A DNA stretch of 62,209 nucleotides, filler included, from Choristocarpus tenellus KU-1152 (lineage: Eukaryota > Protista > Phaeophyceae): the NCBI GenBank assembly GCA_964200185.2. It is 10 parts of 10 records of this genome, joined end to end, with 100 filler letters (N's around TTAATTAATTAA, not from the genome) between each part and the next. Parts side by side here need not be neighbours in the genome. Positions count along the whole stretch, not along the records: positions 43,053 to 53,517 come from CAXNAD020002914.1; positions 53,618 to 56,395 come from CAXNAD020024831.1; positions 56,496 to 59,196 come from CAXNAD020025516.1; positions 59,297 to 62,209 come from CAXNAD020023694.1; 6 more parts are not named here. One strand, given 5' to 3'. Shown here piece after piece: positions 53,288 to 62,209 of the stretch. The stretch's first letter is position 1; each line of letters opens with the position of its first letter. The position numbers were made by a program, and so were the translations under genes. The notes under the pieces were generated by a model, which was given only the letters and a program-made list of their open reading frames with translations, had not been told where the DNA came from and did not search any database.

Positions 53288-54241
53288 GTCTTCCTCTACT
53301 AGTTATAAATATTTATTCGAGTGTTATTTGGTTTGTACAAGAAAGGGATAGATAGATCACATCCACCAAAAAAACTAACCAAGTCCACAAAGAAGAACGA
53401 ACAGATGTTTCATACTATACATACATAAAAAGCTTGTACTTCGTGTATATTTTTAGCTTTAATGGCTGCTATTATCGTGTAGTTATGGCACGCTTAGTAA
53501 GCATGGTTAGTCACAAANNNNNNNNNNNNNNNNNNNNNNNNNNNNNNNNNNNNNNNNNNNNTTAATTAATTAANNNNNNNNNNNNNNNNNNNNNNNNNNN
53601 NNNNNNNNNNNNNNNNNCCAGTGCAGTGCACCAATCAACAGTCAGTACAAGCTGGTAGTATGTGTATCATATCAACAAGAAACAAATGAGCAGCCTATGT
53701 TTTAACATAGGATAGGTAGGAAGCGACAGCCCCACCATATTACTGTATTCCGGTGACTTGTAGTAGTGATGTACTAGGGAGATTTTGTTGATTGTAGGAG
53801 ACGCAACATAGTATTGCTAAGGACCTGCGGGAGAAGTATCTGATAATGTTTCCACTGGAGACAACAATAGGATGGTAGATATGAGGTAGAATCTGTGTTT
53901 CAGTGACCTGCAGTAGTAATGTACTAGGGAGGTTTTGATTGTAGGAGACGTCGCTACATGTATTGCTAAGGACCCTGCCATTTCATGGACCGTGGGGAAC
54001 CCAACATGCTATTGCTAAGAATCTGCAGGAGGAGTATCTGAGGATGTTTCCTCATAAGACTGCAATAGGACAGATGGGTAGATTCCTGACTGTGTTACAG
54101 TACCTACACAGACCCAATGTTAACATGGATGTTAGGGTATACTTGTTGTACTATTTTTGAGTGAACTAGCAGGAGTTTGTTTCTCTATTTTTCAGAGAAG
54201 TGGATTTTGAGGGTGCATAGTGTCTGCACAGCAGGGGAGAG

Positions 54242-54617
54242 TGTTCGTAGATAGTGCTGCTGATACACTGTAGACACCACCGGTGGATTAGGTAATAGGA
54301 TGGAGAGCCAATGATAGATATATCATATTATTGACTCACTAGTAGTGTCCATTGTTTTTTGGTGTTATGTTCAAGATACATTTGCTATACTTTAGCCAAG
54401 TACATAAGTGATTCATAATAACTTAGTGTGAACGATTGCAAACCCCACACTATCGGAATAGTAATGGTAGTCTAGACCTGTCTGACCCCCACCAATTCAG
54501 TCAACGGAATTGAAACCAGAAGCCCCTTGTAACATTAATATTGTATATCTACATCAAACTATTCATTGTCCTCTATCAAGGCACACAGTCACGGGTCCAG
54601 TGTGGAATATTTCAACA
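54242..54617. mobile_element. LTR copy, same family as 37920-38295
   Basis: Colinear TGTTCGTAG...TTCAACA. Flanks (GAGAG/GCTCA) are not duplicated, so it may still be attached to internal sequence on the right. Confidence 0.85.
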
Positions 54618-56999
54618 GCTCAATCCACTGCAGAGTCGCGTACAATGGTAGCCTGAACATATACACATCTCCAATATCTACAACGATGCAAGACTCGAAA
54701 CTCCCTCCACTATTCGCGGGGAGCCCAACCGATTCGGACGCTACAGAGTCGTCTTGAAGTTGCGCCGTGGAGTCTGAGGCTCCAGGGATCCATGTCATTC
54801 CAACTACAAACATCAATGCTTTCATTCCCACCTCGAAAATATTCACCATGACATCGGACCATTCTACTAGTAAAGTGTCCATACATTCGCTGCTATGGCA
54901 TCCATGCAGAGTCTGTTGAGAATGCCTGTTCAGATACTCCTTGAGCACAGGTGCAGGAGGGTAATGACGTCTTTTTTTTTTACCAGCACTGCTCGTTGGG
55001 GGGGTGAAAATTGCTTACCACAGCTGAACATGGCAGGCAAAGGTACCTTACATGCAGCAAACCCCAGAGGGTGCAATTTTCCACCACCAACGCAGGTATT
55101 GGGGTCATCCAAACTTATTTTGCAGACAACACTAGAGCATGCTGCCATTTGGAGAAGGTCAAGGCTTCCAACCACCCCCACTGTAACCGTGGGTACCTTT
55201 TGTCAGGATTCCAACACTCAGATCGAGCAGTAATAATGTACCCTTGTCAGACCTTAGCAAATGGCATTGTAGCGCAAAGGAAAGTTCTAAGATGGATAGT
55301 TGTCAGACTAGGTAACAAAAACAGAAGCAATGAACAGCTTTACCCTACTACAGTTGGATGTTTACCATGCCTTTTAGGACCTTCACAATCCTAACACAAG
55401 ACCAAGCCCAACTAATGTTCCCACCCAAGAACAACTCTTGCCCCGAGAGGATGTTTTGCGTCTCTCTATAGGTACTAACGTCAAACGTTGTGGAAGGATG
55501 AAAGAGGAAGAGACAGGTAGGACACAGGGTCCAGTTTTTTATTTCAAGTCACCCTACTGGAGGGCACGGCTGAAAGATGTAGGCAAGGAGGAATTCGACA
55601 GAGGAGAGAGATGAGTGATTCCTCCAGAAGACCTCCCAGCAGCTTACAACTGTATGCCTGAAGGACAAGGTGAGGATTAGCTGATGCATGCCAGAACAAG
55701 GGAATAAGACATTGATAGTCATAGTCACAGAAAGGAACGTAGGATAGCAGAAGTTGGAACGAAGAAGCTGCCCACATTAAGAGCATACAATAATATATTT
55801 AGGTTGCATAGCAAGTAGTCTTTTTCAGGGCATACACTAATATGTATGGGTTGTATAGCCTGAAGTCTTATGAAAAAATACAGCTCAGCGCTAACAAGAT
55901 CTCCATTGATTAAGTCCCTTGTGTTGTCAGGATTTTATTGGCTTAAGTGTAACTACTTAGCACTAACATGCTATTTATGCCAAACTGGATTCCAATATGG
56001 AAAGGGTGCTAAGTTCGTGTGCATTGCACGCGTCAGTTCGAATCTCAACGGTGTTGACAATGTGAATCGTGTGATTTTGTGGCGGCGTGGTTCACTCAGG
56101 CAAGGAACAGCCTCTCACCAAAATTGAGGGTGGAGCATGCTATGGAGGATGAGTTTGACCCAAAATGGTGCGCGGAAAGTGCCCATATATATATTTTTTG
56201 AAAATGTCGCAGCACGTTTTAAGAGCCCCGCTACCAATGGGATATATTTTTGTTCAAGAATATTTCGGTACTTGTAGAGGGCACCGCTACGATTTGGAAG
56301 CGACCTCGACCACGCCAAACGTATAAGGATAGACGGGGCCCCCGCGGGGGAGCCGGTAACGGTTTTGGTATGCTTATGTGTATGGTACACTACATNNNNN
56401 NNNNNNNNNNNNNNNNNNNNNNNNNNNNNNNNNNNNNNNTTAATTAATTAANNNNNNNNNNNNNNNNNNNNNNNNNNNNNNNNNNNNNNNNNNNNGTAAA
56501 AGCACTTTTTCTGATTTTGTTGACCCAAATGGACACCCTGTTATAGTCCCCCCACCCCCCACCCCCCCAGATACTTTTGGTCGTGGGTACGTAGAAATCG
56601 GAAAGCGTGGTGGAAATTTGGAGTATCACTGCATTTGATATGTGTGTGCACCCGAGGGCTCAAATGTTTTTCGTTCCTTTGCTTGGTTGGTGTCGTTGTG
56701 CTTGGACTGCAATGTGGTCTGTGGTACCCAAACCTGAACCAATCTTTAATTTTTTTTTCTGTGTGCTAAAGGTTAAGGTTAAGGTTAATGTTGTGCGAAA
56801 AACGAAAGCTTCTGTGTACTCGGCGAGACAAAGTAGACCCTAATATATATATATATATATATATCCAAATGGTATTGTATCCCCTAATTTTGTTGTGACT
56901 GTTCTCCTCCTGCCCGTCCTAGCGTATGTATGTATGTATGACTCTGCTGACATGACTTTGCCTCGAATGCCTCACCTCTGCTGGTGAATGGACGTGTAG

Positions 57000-57886
57000 G
57001 TTGAATCAGGCATAGATCTGTCCCCTTGCATCCTCACCAGTGCTCTGGAAGAGATCGGTTTTGAATCGAACTGCATCACAACATCCACCGTGGAAGAGCC
57101 AGATCTCCAGTCATCAGGCGCCAATGCCATCTGGGCCATTGCCAGTGCTCTAGGTGAGTTCTTTACGGAGTAGCTGTAAAAAAGAAAAACATGCTAGAAT
57201 TTGTAACCTCTTATAACATCTGTGCTTCAGAGTACTTGTTGCCCCATCTGTGCATAGTGTTTGGAGCTATGGTGCCAGGATGCTGGGTTGTATATGTTTA
57301 TCAGTAGGTATCAGGATGAAGTGTTTTCAATGACAGATTCTTGAAGACTGTTGTTATCGCCCCCCCCCCCTCCTTTCCATACGTATATTTTTTCCACTTT
57401 GTTGTTGTTGTGCCGAGGTTGAGAGAGAAGTGGCGTAAATTGCAAGTGTTCCAACTAATGGAGTAAAATAGCCTGATTGTTGATTTGAACCAATATTGTG
57501 TGTTTGATGGTCTCTCTTACCCACCCCTTCTTCTGTCTTTTTGTTGATGGCTGGGAGACAGGCCTGGTAGATCGTGGCTGTGCTATGGCCTGGGGTGAAG
57601 TGTGCAACTGTGGTGATGACTGCAAGTGTATCAACTGTCCATACCACCTCAACAAGGTGACCTATTTATTTTATTTATTTATAATATATATATATATATG
57701 TATTATGTATATAATTAATGACATGAGTACTGCACCATTAATCCATTCAAATTCTTGATTAAAATTTTTCCACTTCATTTTTCGTGGGGGGGAGGAGGGG
57801 GAGGGGGNNNNNNNNNNATTCAAAGAGTAGTTTCATGACATTTTCTCCCTTAAATTTTTTGTATGAGTTTTTTCCTCCTCGTTTGT

Positions 57887-57919
<33 letters not shown>

Positions 57920-58458
57920 GGAGGTTATTTAAGAGCTTTTATGCAAAGCTTCTTATTGAGATGCATGTACTTTTGGGTTCAGCATGTATCCATGTGTTTG
58001 TATTGAAAATGAAATGAAGTGATCACAGAAGAGAGCACGCGCACAGGGTTAAGGTTAACAAAGAGAGCCAGTATAGAAAACAGTAACCCGAATTTTATAC
58101 TTCACATGGAAAATCGAAACTTGAGACATACATATTATATATATTTGGGGAATATATGATAATTTTTATGGTTTGCCACAGTTCTGGAGCTCTCTTATTA
58201 ATAGTGATGCTTGTACTTAACACTAATAGCTACTACCACTTTTACTTTTTCCCACAACTTTTTTTAATTATTTTTTTTTTCTCTCGCATCCTTTGCTTGT
58301 GTTGTGGGAACTTGTTTATCACCCATGTTGTGTTCCAGGTGACAAAGGCAATGGACCTGTTGATGAAGGCTGTTGAGATGAGTACAAAACCCGAGAAGAA
58401 GGATGAGTCATTGATTACATGTAGTGGGCGTACTTTGGATTTTGGGAACCAGACCTAG
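57000..58458 (+). CDS. 3' end of a putative metal (Cu)-binding protein with HMA-like tail and Cys-rich CxCx3CxCx2Cx2H motif; exons 57000-57153, 57562-57656, 58339-58458
   Basis: Phase-consistent exons give VESGIDLSPCILTSALEEIGFES...AIWAIASALGLVDRGCAMAWGEVCNCGDDCKCINCPYHLNKVTKAMDLL...stop. Confidence 0.75.
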
Positions 58459-59351
58459 AGTCATGAGAGATGGCCAATGGTAAGACACCTGCTGTCACAG
58501 TGGGGTGGGTCATTTTGTTGTTTATATAAGCTGTTGTCCCAAGTAGAAGAAGGGTTAGGGTTTGGAGGAGGAGGAGAGTAGGCAAGTGTCACCCCCCACC
58601 TTCCCCTCGCAGACACACACACAGACACAGCACAATTATCACCCAGGTGGAGTGCAACGTAGTGACGAGAGTAGAACCGTTACAGCATGTTTGGAGTCGT
58701 TACTTCAATGTGGGAAATAATTAATTCCGTTTGTACGATATGTGGACGTATCCAAATCATGGAGTTGCAATAGGAGGAAATATGAGTATAGCTAAAAGAC
58801 GGGGGGGAGAAAGTGCATAATTCATACGTCCTTTCTGCCTGTTCCGTGTTCGTTTTTTTGTATGTGTATGTGTGTGTGTGTTTTTTATTTTTTTTAAAGT
58901 ATTGAACTTACGGTGTCAATTACGAGATATGTTAATATTTTTTAAGGAAATGGTTGTTGATCTGGTTTGCATGTCAGTCAAGTAGAGTACCTTTTGACCT
59001 TTTTAAGAAAAAAGAACTAAAACAAGAGATAAATATTTACCGATTTGACCAATAGTCTCGGCACCTTTTGTTGTTGTTGGTGTCTCCTGGTGCTTCTTCA
59101 TCCCTATAATGACCATAACAACACACCACCTACTGGAAAGAGAGGAATGTCACTACAGAATCATGTGAGGATATTGGCCTCGAGAGCCCCCCCCCCNNNN
59201 NNNNNNNNNNNNNNNNNNNNNNNNNNNNNNNNNNNNNNNNTTAATTAATTAANNNNNNNNNNNNNNNNNNNNNNNNNNNNNNNNNNNNNNNNNNNNCAGT
59301 CGATTTTGGGTCAAGCTCATCCTCAATGAAAAGCTCCATCCTCAATTCTTG

Positions 59352-60919
59352 AAATCTGCTGTTTTTGGATGGTGCGCGGTCGATATCTTTTAAGGACTAA
59401 TTTATCCAATTTAATTCTCCTTTCCATCGACTCCTCATTATCTATCTGGGACATGATGTTGTCCAGATACTCCTCGCCAAGTGAATTTTGTAGCCAACCC
59501 ATTCGATCTTCCTCTGTCACGGTACCTCCCAAGCTGTTCAGCTCCATTATAAGAGCCTCCTGCCGGTTGATGATGTCAGCAGGATCTCCTCCAGGTTCCA
59601 GCACCATGTCCATCGATTGCTGTTTCACGAGATTTCTCTCTGTTTGGCCTGAACGGGCATAAATCTTCACCAGTGCAGCGAACGCCTCACTCGGAGACTT
59701 GTACGTCAGTATGATGTCCAAAGCAGGTCCAGCCGTCGCCTCCTGCAGTCCATTAATCGCGTACATTGTTGCATGGTGCAGATATGGGTCCACACCCGCC
59801 AGAGAATACTCCAACGACAGTCAGTACCCTCAGATGTTCCTTGGTTACTAATGGCTCCCTCCATCCCAATGAGAGTGCGTGTGTAAGAAACGTTTTGCTG
59901 AACTTCCTCCACGTCCCTGGTTCTCCCTTAAACACAGGTTGTTTCAAGGAATATTGCTTCAGTTTTGGGGCAAATATGGGTCTAGCCCCCATGGCCACCG
60001 TATCTTTAGCCCCAGCCCTAACCTCGCCCCCTTGCGAAGCTGATGTCCCATCATAACTCTCACTCCCCCCCCCTCGGGTCATTGTCAGTTCTTCCATTCC
60101 ATCATCAATGGAGTTTAGACTTGAATCGAATCTTGATCTGGGTATCATAGTTTATCTTGACTCCTTCCGGGTGATAGGTAAAATCCAAGTATAGTAACTA
60201 CGCAAGCGTGAATGAGCTGCACACAAGATTAGGTGATGTTCATCAGGGGTTGGACGGGAAAGACTCTTTGGCGCAGAACATTTTGTTAACTAGAACATGG
60301 GAGCCATCTTGTCGAGGTTGCCCACTTGGCAAGGGTCATAGGTATCCAATTCCACAGGAGATGGACAATCATGCTTCGGTAAAGGGGGAAGATGTTTATA
60401 TGGACTCGACTGGAACGAACGCAACATCAGAGGAGGTTGTGATATGTGATGATCTCGCCCAGGAAGGGGCTAGAGGATTCGATTTCGCACAGGATGAGAC
60501 TGGAGGTATCAACCTAACCCACGCTGGGGCTAGAGATGTCGATCTCACTCAAGAGGGGAATGGAGGCGATGTCGATTGTGGAGGATCGATGTTTGACAAT
60601 ACTACATCAGTGGATGAGACTGTAGCGAAGTGGACGCTTCCCCCTGAGGGGGTTGAAGTGACTGTCATAGTCCCAGGAGGGATTGTTGGGGGGAAGGGAC
60701 CCACTCCAAAGATGGCACGGGAAGTTATTGATCCAGGAGGGTCAACAAGTTCGAATGCAGAATTAGAGTCTCCATACATGGATTTTGGGGTAGGGCATTT
60801 GAATGACTCAGAATACCAAATACCTGCCTATCCCCGAATTATCCCACATTATCATCTGTGCGCACATAAAATAATACTTCAAATCATATTCTCATAAATG
60901 GTCAAGCATAATCTTGGCA
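59352..60919 (-). mobile_element. Rearranged Copia copy of the same family as 40394-42952
   Basis: Minus-strand leader and gag (60207-59352; LEPGGDPADII, GWLQNSLGEEYL shared with 41215-41763); plus-strand pol fragment from 60208 (CRGCPLGKGHR); minus-strand LTR 5' part at about 60796-60919. Confidence 0.88.
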
Positions 60920-60922
60920 CCC

Positions 60923-60953
<31 letters not shown>

Positions 60954-61706
60954 CAAATTGGAACACATCATTGCTGTTGTTTGCATGCTCTTTAAGAAGC
61001 CTTCAGGTGCCTACCCCATGAGAACTGGCTCTATGATGCACGCATAAGTTTTTGGACTATTTTGGCACTACTATTATTGTGCATAGTGAGCAGTGTAATG
61101 TGGGAAACAATGCCTGTTCACCAACTAGTGTTCTAAGCACTACAACACCACCAGCAGCACTAGAGCAGTACTAACTAGGTTAAGCCCTTCCACAACACTA
61201 GTCTGATCACACCAAAAGAGAACAGATTCAATTACTTGTATCAGATGTGTTCTGTCTTCTTTAGTCGGTCGAGCCCCCCCCCCCCTCCCCCCCCCCAAAG
61301 CAACAACACAGACAAAGCAACGTCAGCTAGCATAATAAAAAATTATGGAGAGTACACGCATACATACATACTAGAAAACCTCAATAGCACAAAACCCACC
61401 TGGGGGTTGGTTCCCATACTTGCATTTGCAAACACAAATGCCTGTTTGCACAGCACTATCCCTACACTACATGTCCCCCACTCTTGACATCTATTCATAT
61501 AGCTTGGACAGAAATGAGTAGTGCACCAAGAGTGTAACAATGGAGTTTCATCACATTCTCACACAACCAACCCATGTAATATCTCACCCTCATCCATGCC
61601 TACTGCACTGACAACACTGCCTGACTAGCTATCTATCAACATGTGAGCTTGTTTACATCCCTGGGCACTCAAAACATACAACGAACAAGGATGCTAGCAA
61701 AAACTC

Positions 61707-61741
<35 letters not shown>

Positions 61742-62209
61742 TTTTCCCCCCCCCCCGCAAGAACAACAAACCCCACCACCCACCCCCCCCCCAACCCTCT
61801 TCCCNNNNNNNNNNCCCGCGCCTTCCATCCTACTAATTTGCCCCACCCCTAGAAAGGGACAAAATTGCAACAAATCAGGGCAGAAAATAAAAAATAATGT
61901 AGTTATAGTTATATGCATCTGCAGAGACAACAGATGTGAAACAGGTAGCACTCTCCACCAAATACCCAACATGCCTATAAGCCAATATCACCCACTGTCA
62001 CCTCCACCTTGCTTCTCAGAGCGTCTACATAGGAGAACCTCGCTCCACTCACCCCAGCTCCTAGACACAATAATAATACAAAAACACATCTGCTTGTTTG
62101 CTCTACATCTCTCCCTGACCTGGACTCCTGTGCAAACCATACACCTATCCCCCACCTCCCCAAACTGTTCCTATTGACTTCACACTAAAAGTCACACATT
62201 CACCACTCC

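Larger units (their letters stand above)
15671..59296. other. Artificial 100-bp scaffold linkers (N44 + TTAATTAATTAA + N44) at 15671-15770, 22468-22567, 25287-25386, 30278-30377, 34127-34226, 42953-43052, 53518-53617, 56396-56495, 59197-59296
   Basis: Same length and same central 12-mer (stops in all six frames) each time. Additional 10-N gaps at 27551, 40494, 57808 and 61805. Confidence 0.97.

Overview
This is eukaryotic, intron-rich genomic DNA. Gene and transposon content suggest a stramenopile, possibly a brown alga (inference only). Ten contigs are joined by artificial 100-bp linkers (N44-TTAATTAATTAA-N44), so adjacency across linkers is unproven. Host genes, all partial and reconstructed by hand from GT-AG exons: cohesin Scc3/STAG (15 exons, 843-14983, introns dense in TTAGGG/CCCTAA repeats); a retinol-dehydrogenase-like SDR with a hydrophobic N-terminal extension (17671-21672); a terminal exon of an unknown gene (24180-24356, minus); the 3' half of a DUF445-family membrane protein (44175-49955); and the 3' end of a protein with an HMA-like tail and a Cuf1/Mac1-type CxCx3CxCx2Cx2H motif (57000-58458). 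The rest is mostly transposon debris: an RLE-type non-LTR end, a pogo-like 5' end with an N-terminal Cys/His finger, a decayed DD39D-like mariner with both TIRs, a Gypsy pol with nested insertions, two copies of one Copia family (one with an internal inversion), and many related non-autonomous TIR elements. These TIR elements share a G-N4-AAAGTATCT terminus, nest in one another, and flank 7 of the 9 linkers.
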